Shown: positions 1 to 10,291, counted from the first letter of the stretch. The stretch: 33,548 bases of DNA from Acidobacteriota bacterium (GCA_031401095.1 JANNRD010000455.1:1-33548), one strand, 5' to 3'. Program-made: numbers and translations. The notes: generated by a model not told the origin, from the sequence alone.

Positions 1-552
1 TTCATCCAGGCGCTGTTTGACCTGAAATTGGTTTCTCAGGAGAGCCTCAATCAGATGAAAACGATAAGGGACGGCGACGGGTTGGGAATGGAACCCTTCA
101 CGTTCGCCGGCAAGACCTTCTACGGGCACACCGGCGGGGCCGACAACTATGGAGCGTGGCTGGCTTATCTGCCGGAAGAAAAGCTGGCGGTCGCCTACAC
201 TACGAACGCAAAGGTTTTTCCCGTGGTCAATATTGTGAACGGCGCTATCGACATTTACTACAACAAACCGTTTCAGATTCCCTCCTTCGAAACGATTGCC
301 GTCAGCCCTGAAGTTTTGGACAAATACGTCGGAGTTTATTCGAGCCCGGAAGTCCCCCGGAAATTTACGATCACGAGAAAAGGTGCCACGCTTTACGTGC
401 AGCCGGGTGAGGAATCCGCTGCCCCGCTCGACGCGACAGCGGAGAACAGGTTTGAATTAAGTGTGGGGGTTGTTTTTGAATTCGACGCCGCGAAAAACCA
501 GATGATCATGAAACGGGGGAGTGGGCAGAGGGTTTTCACGAAGGAGAAATAG
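1..552 (+). CDS. Serine hydrolase / beta-lactamase-family protein, C-terminal part (5' end lies outside the window)
   Basis: Frame 1 is open from nt 1 (FIQALFDLKL...) to the stop at 550-552. It contains GHTGG (HTG/KTG-type third motif of the penicillin-binding fold). The next gene is a paralog. Confidence 0.6.
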   Translation, partial: FIQALFDLKLVSQESLNQMKTIRDGDGLGMEPFTFAGKTFYGHTGGADNYGAWLAYLPEEKLAVAYTTNAKVFPVVNIVNGAIDIYYNKPFQIPSFETIAVSPEVLDKYVGVYSSPEVPRKFTITRKGATLYVQPGEESAAPLDATAENRFELSVGVVFEFDAAKNQMIMKRGSGQRVFTKEK

Positions 553-726
553 TCGTCATAAGAATGTTGGGGCACGCACGCGTGGCGAGGCTCTCGAATT
601 CAGCCCGGTCGATCGCGACACCTTTCAGCTGGCATGATTACGGCGCGCTTCCGTCGGGACAAGGTCTGAAAGATCGTGGCGCACGACTTCAGAGACCGTG
701 AAGACTAAGAATTGAGAGAAGGAAAC

Positions 727-1950
727 ATGTCGAAGAGTGCGCAGACCTGGCTCGGCCTGATCCTCCTCGCCGCCGGTCTGCTATGCGCTGCGATCCTGGG
801 GCTTTGGGCGTATATGAGAGCCACTCCGCCCCTGCACCCGAACCCCCAGGACGTGCCATCCGTGACGGATTCGACCCCGCTGCCAAAGTGGGGCGGCGCC
901 GTGGAGCAGGGGCGGCAGATCGCCCTTGCGGGTCTCATCGAGCACAGCCTGCCCGGGCTGTCGGTTGCTGTCGGTGTCGGTGGCGAGATCGTGTGGGCCG
1001 AAGGCTTTGGCTGGGCGGATCTCGAGAACCGCGTTCCCGTCGCGCCAAATACGCGGTTCAGGATCGGCACCGCCTCGACCGCGCTCACCTCGGCCGCGGC
1101 CGGCCTGCTGCTGGAGAAAGGTCGGCTGAAGCTCGACGACAAGATTCAGACGTACGTGCCTGAGTTCCCTCAGCATCAGTGGCCCGTGACATTGCGCCAG
1201 TTGATGGGGCATGTGGCGGGCGTCGCGAACGACGGTGGGGACGAGGGGCCGCTGTTTACGGAGCGCTGCGAGCGGCCGGTCGACGCGCTGAAGTTCTTCA
1301 AGGGCTACGAGCGTAAGCTGCTGTTCGAGCCGGGGACCAAATACCACTATTCGAGCTACGGCTGGATCGTTGTGAGCGCGGCCGTCGAAACCGCCGCGGA
1401 AGAGCCGTTCCTGGCGTTCATGCGGAAGCAGATCTTCGAGCCGTTGGGCATGAACGAAACGATGGCCGACTCAGCGACGGAGCCGATTCCGGATCGAGCG
1501 ACTTCTTACTTCCCGAGGTTCATCGAGGAGCCCCGCTACGGCCTGCAATTGATACGCCAGGTCGACTATTCCTGCTACGCGGGATCCAGCGTATTCCTGT
1601 CCACCCCATCCGACCTGGTGCGCTTCGCGATGGCGATCAGCAGCGGCAAGCTCCTGCAACCTGCCACGGTTCAATTACTCCAGACGCCACAGCGACTGGC
1701 CTCGGGGCAGGAGACGGGTTACGGTCTTGGCTGGGACCTCGAGACCGTCGCGCTGAAGGGTAAACAAACTGGCCTGGTCGGACACGACGGAGACTCGCTG
1801 GGCGGGATGGTGGCTTCTTTCATGACGTTCCCCGAGTACGGGATCGTCGTCTCCGTGACGTCAAACATCTCACACGCGGACACGTTCTCCATTGCGGTGA
1901 AAATCGCGCAGGCCTTCGCGGACCAGAGGAGAAGTCCAGCACGCAAGTGA
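727..1950 (+). CDS. Membrane-anchored beta-lactamase-fold (PF00144-like) protein with degenerate catalytic motifs
   Basis: ORF 712..1950. The ATG at 727 follows GAGAGAAGGAAAC. N-terminal hydrophobic anchor WLGLILLAAGLLCAAILGLWAY. Family-typical block FRIGTASTALTSAAAGLLLEKGRLKLDD aligns to FRIASVSKxFTA..L.E.GKL.LDD. Confidence 0.75.
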   Translation: MSKSAQTWLGLILLAAGLLCAAILGLWAYMRATPPLHPNPQDVPSVTDSTPLPKWGGAVEQGRQIALAGLIEHSLPGLSVAVGVGGEIVWAEGFGWADLENRVPVAPNTRFRIGTASTALTSAAAGLLLEKGRLKLDDKIQTYVPEFPQHQWPVTLRQLMGHVAGVANDGGDEGPLFTERCERPVDALKFFKGYERKLLFEPGTKYHYSSYGWIVVSAAVETAAEEPFLAFMRKQIFEPLGMNETMADSATEPIPDRATSYFPRFIEEPRYGLQLIRQVDYSCYAGSSVFLSTPSDLVRFAMAISSGKLLQPATVQLLQTPQRLASGQETGYGLGWDLETVALKGKQTGLVGHDGDSLGGMVASFMTFPEYGIVVSVTSNISHADTFSIAVKIAQAFADQRRSPARK

Positions 1951-2034
1951 TGCGCCGAACGCGGTGTCGCGTGTGACCGATGTCACCGATTTGTGGTCCC
2001 TCGCGCAAGATGCAGTACTGGTCATCAACCACCA

Positions 2035-3303
2035 TTACTCCATGGTAAAACCCACTTCCGCGTAGATATCGCGCAAAGCGGCCGCTAAGGCGTCGGCAGA
2101 GAACCGCGCCTCGAACGTCGCGCGGGCGCGCTGCCGCAACCGCTCGCACAGCGCGGTGTCGGTGATTACCCGACTCAGGGCCCGGCTCAAGGCATCAACG
2201 TTGTCCGGCTCCACCAGCAATGCGCTCTCGCCGTCGGTCACGTCTTCCGGGATTCCGTCCAAATCGGAAGCGACGATAGCGGCTCCGGCTTGTAGCGCTT
2301 CGAGGAGGGCCAGCGACCCGCTCCCTTCTTGTAGCGAGGGCAACACGAAAACATCGGCGTGCTGTAGATAGTGAAATGGCTCGGGCACCCAACCCGTCAA
2401 CGCCACCTGATCACCCAGGCGCAATTGCTCGGCCAGGCGCCGGTCGGCGTCGAGGTATTGTCCGCCGCTTACCAAACAAGCCCGGAAGCGCACGCCCGCA
2501 TCGCGCAGTTCGGCCAACGCGAGCAGCAACACCGGCATTCCTTTGCGCGGATCGTGCCGTGAGACCGAGACGATCAACGGTGCGTCCGCCGGCCGCAGCG
2601 CGGCGAGCGGAGGAGGAGGAGCCGCGATCTCTCTTGTCTCGGCATGCAGGAACGCCGCCTCCGAAGCGTAAGGCACGGAGCGCACCTCCGCACCAGGCCC
2701 GTATTGATCGTAGAAGCGTTGCCGCACCGCTTCATAGTTGACCAGCACTAGCCGTGGCTGGGTGTAGGTGACACGCTCACAGCGCCGGATCACGAGTTCC
2801 ATCCAAAACAATTCCGCCCGACACAGCAGCCGCTGCGCGCGTCCGTAGGATCGGTCAACTCCGCGCAACCTACCCTCATATTCATGCTCGATGGTCGTGT
2901 AATGACTGTTGATCACCACCGTCTTGACACCCCGTCGCCGCAATCTCTCGGCCGCAACAACCCCGCTGCAGCCCCAGGCCGAGATGCCGTGAATCAGATG
3001 CGGGCCTTGTCTGGTTGAAAGGAACCGCACAATCGCCGCCGTCACGAACGGAGCGGTCCAGAAGAGGATCTTCTTACGCAAACCGGCTTCGATGGTTCGA
3101 TGTGGCAGGAGGTCTGTCCGCACCAGATGAACAATACCGAATTCGGTCTCCGCCACACCCGTCTCGGACGAGGCGCAAAAGATGTGCGGCTCGAAGCCGG
3201 CGCGCAGCGCGGCGCGGGCGTGCACGCGAACGTAACTGCTGTGCCCACCCATACCCTGGCGCGGATCTCTGGCGGCGATGAAGACAACAATAGGCTTGCT
3301 CAT
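2035..3303 (-). CDS. Family 4 glycosyltransferase (GT4, GT-B fold)
   Basis: 422-aa ORF. C-terminal GT1/GT4 signature VFVLPSLQEGSGSLALLEALQAGAAIVASDLDGIPEDV (E-x7-E region). GGAGG lies upstream of the ATG. Confidence 0.85.
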   Translation of the reverse strand: MSKPIVVFIAARDPRQGMGGHSSYVRVHARAALRAGFEPHIFCASSETGVAETEFGIVHLVRTDLLPHRTIEAGLRKKILFWTAPFVTAAIVRFLSTRQGPHLIHGISAWGCSGVVAAERLRRRGVKTVVINSHYTTIEHEYEGRLRGVDRSYGRAQRLLCRAELFWMELVIRRCERVTYTQPRLVLVNYEAVRQRFYDQYGPGAEVRSVPYASEAAFLHAETREIAAPPPPLAALRPADAPLIVSVSRHDPRKGMPVLLLALAELRDAGVRFRACLVSGGQYLDADRRLAEQLRLGDQVALTGWVPEPFHYLQHADVFVLPSLQEGSGSLALLEALQAGAAIVASDLDGIPEDVTDGESALLVEPDNVDALSRALSRVITDTALCERLRQRARATFEARFSADALAAALRDIYAEVGFTME

Positions 3304-3772
3304 CCGGCGGTATCATCCTCCAAACACAGTTCGGCGTGGTTCTGAAGCGGCGATTCGGTCAATGGTTGTAAAAGCTTGAGCGTCGGCCAGAAGATATCAC
3401 AGGCGGGTTCCCCGGAGTCGATCAACTGATGGATGCCGGCGCCAAGAGCAGTAAAATGCCGGAGGGTCGATAAGAATCGAGATAAGATAGTTATTTTGTT
3501 TCCATCCACTTTGGGCGTGTGGGATATTGGCTCGCGTAATGATGATCAGAAGGCCCACTTCAAGAGATCGTCACCGAAGCTCTTGGCGACGCTCATTTCA
3601 TGCGAGGCTCTGGATACCGACGAGTGGTTCGCGATTCCGGACCACGCGTCACTTGTTGCCGATTTCCAAGTCCCAGGACACTTGGCGAAGGAATAGTCAC
3701 CAGGCATGGAGCCCTAAAGGTCATCAACTAGAGTCTGCTTCGCACTTCACTTGAAGTGTCTCTGGAGGTGTT

Positions 3773-4234
3773 ATGTTCGCACAGTTCTTAGTCCTCTGGT
3801 GTATCGTTTCCATCGCGCCTTCGCTCGGACAAAACAGCGTCCGCGGCAATAATGAGGCCGCGGTTCGGGAGATCGTGAGTAAATATGTTGACGCCCGGGA
3901 GCGGATCGACCCGACGGCCGTCGAGGCTCTATTCATGAGCGATGCCGATCAGCTGGTGTCGTCAGGCGAATGGCGGAGGGGGCGCGAGGCGGTGGTCCGC
4001 GGCACAATGGAGAGTTCGCGCAGCACGGGAGGAAGACGCAGCATCACGGTGGAGTCCGTCCGGTTCATTACGACCGAGGTGGCAATCGCCGACGGGCGCT
4101 ACGAACTGACGGCACTCGCCGGGGGCGCGACCCGGCAGATGTGGACGACGCTGGTGCTGAAGCGAACCGAGAGTGGCTGGCGCATCGCGGCAATTCGCAA
4201 CATGCTACCCACGGCTGCGGCTCCGGGCAGGTGA
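3773..4234 (+). CDS. Secreted SnoaL-like / DUF4440 (SgcJ/EcaC-type) protein
   Basis: 153-aa ORF with signal peptide [19 protein letters not shown]. Typical NTF2-like layout (AVREIV..YVDA....D..AVEALF..DA......G......WRIAAIRN). RBS GGAGG 7 nt upstream. Confidence 0.65.
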   Translation: MFAQFLVLWCIVSIAPSLGQNSVRGNNEAAVREIVSKYVDARERIDPTAVEALFMSDADQLVSSGEWRRGREAVVRGTMESSRSTGGRRSITVESVRFITTEVAIADGRYELTALAGGATRQMWTTLVLKRTESGWRIAAIRNMLPTAAAPGR

Positions 4235-4456
4235 CCACCGACAAGTCTTTATGGCATCGATGGGGGTGGTGCCGCTACGTCTTGCTAAACAGGGTAGGGG
4301 ACAAATGGGTGGTCGCGAGCGAGATGACGGCATATATCGGCTAGCACACGATTGGTTTGTGACCGCGTGGGGAAAAGCCCCGACCTTCGGCGTTAGCGGC
4401 GCCACCAGGCTGCCACGAATTGATTTACAATGCCCACGCATTTTTGGAGAAAAACC

Positions 4457-7400
4457 ATGCCAGCTCTGCGGAAGAGATTTGCGTCCTTCCTGATGGTCGC
4501 GATGATTTGTGTGCAAGTTCCCGGTGCGCAGTCCTCCAGCTTCGCTCAGCAGAAGCAAGCACCGCCCCTTCAAGCACTCCCATCGTCAGTGCAAAAGCCC
4601 ACCCCTCCAGAAACAACAAAGGCAGTGCCATATTTTTCGGAACCGGCGATTGCGCCGGACCGCGCCGAGATTGCCTTTGTGAGCGGCGGAGACATCTGGA
4701 CGGCGCCGCTGGCCGCGGGCTCATCGCTCGGGGCTATCGAGGCGCATCTGCTGATCGCGAACCCGGCCTACGATTCGCGGCCACGCTATTCGCCGGATGG
4801 CAAGCGACTAGCCTTTGTATCCACGCGAACGGGCAACGGCGATATCTACGTCTACACATTCGCGACGGGCGAAGTGCGGCGCATGACGTTTGAGGACAGC
4901 GCGGAGTGGCTCGATGCATGGTCGCGCGATGGCAAGTGGCTCTACTTCACGTCAAGCAGCTACGACATCGCGGGGATGAACGACGTCTTCCGCGTCTCGA
5001 GCGAAGGCGGAACATCCATGCTCGTGGCGGGCGACCGCTACGCGCCCGAGTTTTTTGCAGCGCCCGGCCCGGATGGCAGGTTGGCCATCAGTGCACGAGG
5101 TAATCAAGCATTCGGCCAATGGTGGCGCAAGGGGCATAGCCACATCGATGAGAGCGAAATCTGGCTGGTGAAAGAAGGATCGACGCCAAGCTATCAGCGG
5201 CTCTCGACAGCGGGCGGCGCGAAGCAGGTCTGGCCGATGTGGAGCGCGGACGGACGCACGGTCTATTTCGTTTCGGACCGCTCGGGGGCGCAGAACATCT
5301 GGGCGCAGAGCGTGTCGCCGGGAAGCGAAGCGCGGCAGATCACAAAATTCCAGGATGGGCGCGTCCTGTGGCCAGTCATCTCCTACGATGGGAAAACGAT
5401 CGTCTTCGAGCGCGATTTCGGAATCTGGAAGCTGGATACGGCGAGCGGGCAGGCGTCGCCGGTTCCGCTGACGCGGCGCAGCGCACCGCAATCGCCGGAA
5501 ACGCAACACCTCTCGCTGACCAGCCAATTCCAGGAATTGGTTCTTTCGCCGGACGGCAAAAAGATCGCGTTCACCGTGCACGGCGAAGTATTTGCGGCGT
5601 CGGCGAAGGACGGCGGGAACGCCAAGCGCGTGACGTACACCGTGCCGGCGGAATCAAACCTGGTGTGGTCGCCGGACAGCAAGCAGATCGTCTATTCATC
5701 GGGACGCGACGGCGATGCTCAGCTTTTTCTCTATGACTTTGCGAACGACAGGGAGACACAGCTGACCCAGAGCAAAGGCAATGATACTAATCCCGTGTTT
5801 TCTCCCGATGGAGGGTTCATCGCGTTCGAGAGAGATGGGCGCGAAGTGCGCATCTACGATATCGCGTCGAAGCAGGAGCGACTGTTGAGCACAAGCGACG
5901 AGAAGCGCTTCCCGAGCCCGCTCGTATGGTCGCCTGACAGCAAATGGTTGGCCTTCTTCTCGCATTCCAATAAAGGGTTTCGCAATGTGTTCGTGGCGCC
6001 GGCAGGCGGTGGCGAAGCGAAGCCCCTGACGTTCCTCTCCAACACCTCTGGCGGCTCGCTGGTGTGGAGCCCGGACGGTAGCTATCTGTTGTTTGTCTCG
6101 GCGCAACGCACGGAAAATGGGATGCTGGCGCGCGTCAACCTTGTGCCGCGCACGCCGAAGTTTCGCGAAGACCAATTCAAAGAGCTGTTTCAGGATCGGC
6201 CGAACCGTCCGCCAGGCAATGCGCCCGACACCAGAGGCGGGGGAGCGGGCGGAGGGGAAGTATCCGCGGTCAAACCGAGTACGAAGCCGGTGGAAGTGGA
6301 CTTCGCAGACATTCGCCGCCGGTTGCAGATCATCGATGTGGGGGTGGACGTAGGCCGGGCCATCATCAGTCCGGATGGGAAGACGCTGCTGCTGAGCGCG
6401 TCGGTGGCCAACCAGACGAATCTGTACAGCTATCCGTACGACGAGTTGTCACGCGAACCGGCCGTGGCGCGGCAGTTGACCTCGACGGCGGAAAACAAGT
6501 CGGCTGCGCAATTCACGCAGGACGGTAAAGAGGTGTACTTCCTCGGCGGCGGGCGTGTGCAGGTGATCAACGTTGAAACGCGGCAGTCGCGGCCCATCAA
6601 CGTCACGGCCGAAATGGACGTAGATTTCCAACAAGAGAAAATGGCCGTGTTCCGACAAGCGTGGGCGATCAAACGCGACACGTTCTACGACCCGAAATTT
6701 CACGGTGTCGATTGGAATGCAGTGCACGACGCTTACGCATCGCGAATCGCGGGTGCCGCCACACCGGACGAGATGCGGCGGTTGCTGAACCTCATGGTCG
6801 GCGAACTGAATGCCTCGCACAGCGGTGTCGGAGCGCCGGGTGGAGGGGGTGGTGGGCAAGGACCGGGAAGCGGAAGGCTGGGGCTGCGATTTGACCGCGC
6901 CGAATATGAGAACAATGGGCGTTTGCGCGTAACGGAAGTGATTGGGCTGAGCCCGGCGGCGGTGAGTGGAATCAAGATGGGCGAGTACTTGCTGACCGTC
7001 GATGGAAAAACAATTGGCCCGCAGACGGCGCTCGAAGAACTGATGGCGTACACCTCGGGGAAGCGCGTGGAGGCGACGGTCGCTGCGTCGGCAGACGGCG
7101 CGGGCAAGCGCAGCGTGACGCTCATGCCCGTCAGCATCAACGCCGAAAAACAACTGCTCTACCGGCAGTGGGTGGAGGAGCGGCGCGCATATGTCGAGAG
7201 AGTAAGCGGTGGGCGGCTGGGCTATGCGCACATGATTGACATGGGCGCGGGGTCGCAGGCGCAGCTCTATGTGGATCTTGACGTCGAAAATCACGCGCGT
7301 GACGGCGTCGTGATTGACGTGCGGAATAACAACGGCGGCTTCGTCAATGTGTACGCGATCGACGTGCTGGCTCGTCGGCCGTATTTGAATATGACGCCTC

Positions 7401-7783
7401 GCGGTCGCCTGACCGCGGCGCCGGCACGCAGCACGCTCGGGCAACGCGCGTTGGAGCTGCCCACGGTGCTTGTGGTCAACCAGCACTCGTTAAGCGATGC
7501 GGAGGACTTCACGGAAGGCTATCGCACGTTGAAGCTGGGCAAAGTAATCGGCGAGCCGACAGCCGGGTGGATCATCTACACCGGCGGACAGACGCTGCTC
7601 GATGGCTCAACGATTCGGACGCCCACCATCCGCATTACCGACAATACTGGCCAAACGATGGAAATGAATCCGCGGCCGGTGGATGTTGCGGTGACGCGGC
7701 CGGTCGGCGAAAGCTATTCGGGCAAGGATTCGCAGCTTGATGTGGCCGTGGCGGAGCTGCTCAAGCAGATTGGAAAGAAATAG
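4457..7783 (+). CDS. Tricorn-like protease homolog (TolB/WD40-like beta-propellers + PDZ + S41 peptidase domain)
   Basis: Roughly 1100-aa ORF. Repeated YSPDGK/WSPDSK/FSPDG propeller motifs. PDZ-like GLSPAAVSGIKMGEYLLTVDG. S41-type block DVRNNNGG...VNQHSLSDAEDF. ATG at 4457 preceded by GGAGAAAAACC, then a signal peptide. Confidence 0.85.
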   Translation: MPALRKRFASFLMVAMICVQVPGAQSSSFAQQKQAPPLQALPSSVQKPTPPETTKAVPYFSEPAIAPDRAEIAFVSGGDIWTAPLAAGSSLGAIEAHLLIANPAYDSRPRYSPDGKRLAFVSTRTGNGDIYVYTFATGEVRRMTFEDSAEWLDAWSRDGKWLYFTSSSYDIAGMNDVFRVSSEGGTSMLVAGDRYAPEFFAAPGPDGRLAISARGNQAFGQWWRKGHSHIDESEIWLVKEGSTPSYQRLSTAGGAKQVWPMWSADGRTVYFVSDRSGAQNIWAQSVSPGSEARQITKFQDGRVLWPVISYDGKTIVFERDFGIWKLDTASGQASPVPLTRRSAPQSPETQHLSLTSQFQELVLSPDGKKIAFTVHGEVFAASAKDGGNAKRVTYTVPAESNLVWSPDSKQIVYSSGRDGDAQLFLYDFANDRETQLTQSKGNDTNPVFSPDGGFIAFERDGREVRIYDIASKQERLLSTSDEKRFPSPLVWSPDSKWLAFFSHSNKGFRNVFVAPAGGGEAKPLTFLSNTSGGSLVWSPDGSYLLFVSAQRTENGMLARVNLVPRTPKFREDQFKELFQDRPNRPPGNAPDTRGGGAGGGEVSAVKPSTKPVEVDFADIRRRLQIIDVGVDVGRAIISPDGKTLLLSASVANQTNLYSYPYDELSREPAVARQLTSTAENKSAAQFTQDGKEVYFLGGGRVQVINVETRQSRPINVTAEMDVDFQQEKMAVFRQAWAIKRDTFYDPKFHGVDWNAVHDAYASRIAGAATPDEMRRLLNLMVGELNASHSGVGAPGGGGGGQGPGSGRLGLRFDRAEYENNGRLRVTEVIGLSPAAVSGIKMGEYLLTVDGKTIGPQTALEELMAYTSGKRVEATVAASADGAGKRSVTLMPVSINAEKQLLYRQWVEERRAYVERVSGGRLGYAHMIDMGAGSQAQLYVDLDVENHARDGVVIDVRNNNGGFVNVYAIDVLARRPYLNMTPRGRLTAAPARSTLGQRALELPTVLVVNQHSLSDAEDFTEGYRTLKLGKVIGEPTAGWIIYTGGQTLLDGSTIRTPTIRITDNTGQTMEMNPRPVDVAVTRPVGESYSGKDSQLDVAVAELLKQIGKK

Positions 7784-7907
7784 CGAGCTTTGACGCGACA
7801 GGAGAAAACACAGAGGCACGCAGGTCACAGAGACTGAGGGGTGAGCCCGTTGCAATGGTGCCAGGCTTGTCGTATCTTCTTTGTAGATACGGAATGATGG
7901 AGGTCGT

Positions 7908-8150
7908 TTGAGAACACGGATTCAGAAATGGGGAAACAGCCTGGCCTTGCGCATTCCGAGTGCATTCGCGAAGGAAGTTCGATTGGAGCAGGACTCGCTC
8001 GTTGAGGTGTCGCTGAAGGGGCGAAGTCTGCTGGTGAAGCCGGTTAGGGAAGAAGGTTACCGGCTCGATCAACTCCTTGAGGGAGTCACAGAGGATAACA
8101 TTCACCAGGAGGTTGACGCCGGCGGTCCGGTTGGTCGCGAGGCATGGTGA
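7908..8150 (+). CDS. mazE: MazE/AbrB-SpoVT family antitoxin
   Basis: TTG start after GGAGG. N-terminus RIQKWGNSLALRIPSAFAKE is the canonical MazE swapped-hairpin motif. Overlaps the toxin gene by 7 nt. Confidence 0.8.
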   Translation: MRTRIQKWGNSLALRIPSAFAKEVRLEQDSLVEVSLKGRSLLVKPVREEGYRLDQLLEGVTEDNIHQEVDAGGPVGREAW

Positions 8151-8488
8151 ATCCCAGGAAGAAGTATGTTCCGGAACGAGGGGATGTCATCTGGATCAGC
8201 CTCAACCCTCAAGCTGGACGCGAGCAGGCAGGGCGACGACCGGCGGTTGTCATTTCGCCATCTGAGTACAATCGCAAGGTAGGCCTTGTCATCCTCTGCC
8301 CAATCACAAGTCAGGTGAAGGGGTATCCATTCGAGGTGCTGATCCCGGACGGTTTGCCCGTCAGCGGAGTAGTCTTGTCGGATCAGATAAAGAGGCTGGA
8401 TTGGCGCGTTCGCGAAGCCTCGTTTATCTGCGCGTTACCCGATGCAACTGTCGCAGAGGTCAGGGCGAGGCTGAGCGTTCTCTTGTAG
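8144..8488 (+). CDS. mazF: MazF/PemK family endoribonuclease toxin
   Basis: 114 aa. YVPERGDVIWISLNPQAGREQAGRRPAVVISP...CPITSQVKGYPFEV matches the MazF/ChpB fold signature. Confidence 0.85.
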   Translation: MVNPRKKYVPERGDVIWISLNPQAGREQAGRRPAVVISPSEYNRKVGLVILCPITSQVKGYPFEVLIPDGLPVSGVVLSDQIKRLDWRVREASFICALPDATVAEVRARLSVLL

Positions 8489-8566
8489 TCCTCGTCATTG
8501 CGTCGAAGGCAGGACGAGCGTACGCTATATCAGTCAGAGTTCGAATTGGCCATTCCGGATAAGCAA

Positions 8567-8842
8567 ATGCCGCGTCAGACACAGCGCACACGTATTATCA
8601 CCGTATTTCTCGCGGTCATCCTATTCGGGGCACAATTTCACATTTGTGCCGATCTGATGTTGGGCGTTTATGGCTCGCCCGTTTGCCAACTCTGTACCAC
8701 GGCGAGCTCTGTTGTCGTGCCGCCCGGTCCGGGCATTGCCATCTTGCCGTTAACGAATCGGATCGAGGTCCTCGCCGTAGCCGTGCCGGTTTCCCTTGAC
8801 CTTCCACGTGGCATTTCTCCACGGGCACCTCCCATCTTCTAA
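8567..8842 (+). CDS. Hypothetical small membrane protein with a CxxC motif (possibly DUF2946-like)
   Basis: ATG at 8567. One TM segment (IITVFLAVILFGAQF), then SPVCQLCTT and a Pro-rich tail. Sits directly upstream of the metal-uptake cluster. No firm family recognition. Confidence 0.3.
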   Translation: MPRQTQRTRIITVFLAVILFGAQFHICADLMLGVYGSPVCQLCTTASSVVVPPGPGIAILPLTNRIEVLAVAVPVSLDLPRGISPRAPPIF

Positions 8843-8872
8843 TCAGTCGACTTCCCCCGGTGCACGATTACT

Positions 8873-8889
8873 GAACACACGAAGTGTTC
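8873..8889. promoter_or_regulatory. Palindrome GAACAC-N5-GTGTTC just upstream of the OM-barrel gene (candidate metalloregulator operator)
   Basis: Perfect 6-5-6 inverted repeat about 22 nt upstream of the ATG at 8911, next to the RBS. It does not match the enterobacterial Zur consensus. Confidence 0.25.
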
Positions 8890-8910
8890 TTATTCGCGAG
8901 GAGTTGTCTC

Positions 8911-10272
8911 ATGAAGAAGATTGGTTTGTCGCTTGCTCTCCTTCTCTTTGTCGTTACTACCTATGCCCAGGACGCCCCGGCCGCGCAGGAAAAAAAGAAC
9001 TCGCCAGCAGCAGTGAGTTCCAGTCAAGACGACAGCGCGACCCGTATCCAGGCTCTTGAGATGCTGGTACGTTCCCTCGCCGACGAAGTGGCGGCTCTGC
9101 ATGGCGAGGTGAGGGAACTGCGCAAGGCGGGTTTGTCAGCTCCGCCGTCAGCCGGGCCGGTCCTTCTGACGTCTTCACAACCGGAGCCAGGCACGCCGTC
9201 GATACCGACCACGTCACCAAGCCCTGCAGTCGCTGCGCCAGCTCCGCAGACTACGCCAACACAAACCTTCGGCGGAGCTAACTCCAACGCGAAGCTCCTT
9301 AACCCGGATATCACTCTGATCGGCGACTTCGTTGGCGCAGCGGGCCACAACAGCGTCGCTCCCTCCCGTTCGCTCGAACTCCACGAAGCGGAACTCGGCA
9401 TCCAGGCCATCATCGATCCTTATGCGCGCGCCGACGTATTCATCTCCTTCGGTGAGGAAGGCGTAGAAGTGGAGGAGGGCTACGTGACATTCACCGCTCT
9501 TCCGGCTGGTCTGCTTCTGAGGGTCGGCAAGATGCGCGCCGAGTTCGGGAAAATGAACACTGCGCACACTCACGCACTCGCAACCATCGACCGGCCTCTG
9601 GTGACCAACAATCTCGTCGGTGGCGAGGATGGCATCAACGATGCTGGCTTCTCCCTCTCTCGCTTCGTAGAGGCGCCGAAGAACTGGTTCCTCCAAGGCA
9701 CCGCGCAGGTCTTCCGCGGCGATTCTTCCGATGTCTTCACCGCTCACCGCCGCCAGGACGTCAGCTTTGTCGGCCATGTGCGCGCCTACAAGGATCTGAC
9801 CGAATCGACAAACCTCGATCTCGGCGCATCGTACGCGCGCGGCCATAATGAACTCGGCTCCAACTTCGTAACCACCCTTTACGGTGCGGACGCTACGCTA
9901 CGCTGGAAACCGCTGCGCCGCGCCATCTACAACTCAATTCTCTTCAGAAACGAATTTGTCTGGAGTGCGCGCGATCAGCTCTCCCCCAGCAATGGTGTTC
10001 AAACACAGCACGCTTTCGGCTTGTATTCCTCAATCGACTATCGCGTGAACCGGCGTTGGACCGTTGGCGGCCGCTTTGACCGCAGCGGTCGCGCCACTGA
10101 TGCACGACTGACCGATACCGGCTTTTCGACCATCCTGACCTACTGGCCGAGCGAGTTCAGTCAGATTCGCGGCCAGTACCGCTTCGGCCACTACGGCCAG
10201 GGCGGAAATGCGAATGAGTTTCTCTTCCAATTCCTGTTCGTATTGGGCGCGCACGGCGCGCACCCTTTCTAA
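8911..10272 (+). CDS. Outer-membrane beta-barrel (porin-like) protein with N-terminal coiled coil and Pro/Thr-rich linker
   Basis: Signal peptide MKKIGLSLALLLFVVTTYAQ after GAGGAG. Alternating amphipathic beta-strand pattern. C-terminal aromatic residue (..GAHGAHPF). First gene of the ZnuA/ZnuB-like cluster. Confidence 0.6.
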   Translation: MKKIGLSLALLLFVVTTYAQDAPAAQEKKNSPAAVSSSQDDSATRIQALEMLVRSLADEVAALHGEVRELRKAGLSAPPSAGPVLLTSSQPEPGTPSIPTTSPSPAVAAPAPQTTPTQTFGGANSNAKLLNPDITLIGDFVGAAGHNSVAPSRSLELHEAELGIQAIIDPYARADVFISFGEEGVEVEEGYVTFTALPAGLLLRVGKMRAEFGKMNTAHTHALATIDRPLVTNNLVGGEDGINDAGFSLSRFVEAPKNWFLQGTAQVFRGDSSDVFTAHRRQDVSFVGHVRAYKDLTESTNLDLGASYARGHNELGSNFVTTLYGADATLRWKPLRRAIYNSILFRNEFVWSARDQLSPSNGVQTQHAFGLYSSIDYRVNRRWTVGGRFDRSGRATDARLTDTGFSTILTYWPSEFSQIRGQYRFGHYGQGGNANEFLFQFLFVLGAHGAHPF

Positions 10273-10291
10273 GATTTCTCAAGGAGATCAT

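Noticed and set aside
3300-3509. 69-aa ORF whose TGA overlaps the ATG of the glycosyltransferase (ATGA coupling)
   Set aside because: The overlap is the only supporting evidence. There is no recognisable family or RBS, and it lies in a 470-bp divergent promoter region. Left uncalled.
6449-7486. Long antisense ORFs inside high-GC genes (6449..7486, 4952..5581, 705..1142, 781..1347, 9214..9846, 22845..23381, 11650..12126 and others)
   Set aside because: Their Arg/Pro/Ala-rich, low-complexity translations are typical of shadow frames in GC-rich DNA. The opposite strand carries well-supported genes.
7806-7838. CACAGAG-rich stretch (AACACAGAGGCACGCAGGTCACAGAGACTGAGG) as a second copy of the 15946 hairpin element
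   Set aside because: Only about 10 contiguous nt are shared and there is no inverted partner nearby. This is not enough to call a family member without a genome-wide search.
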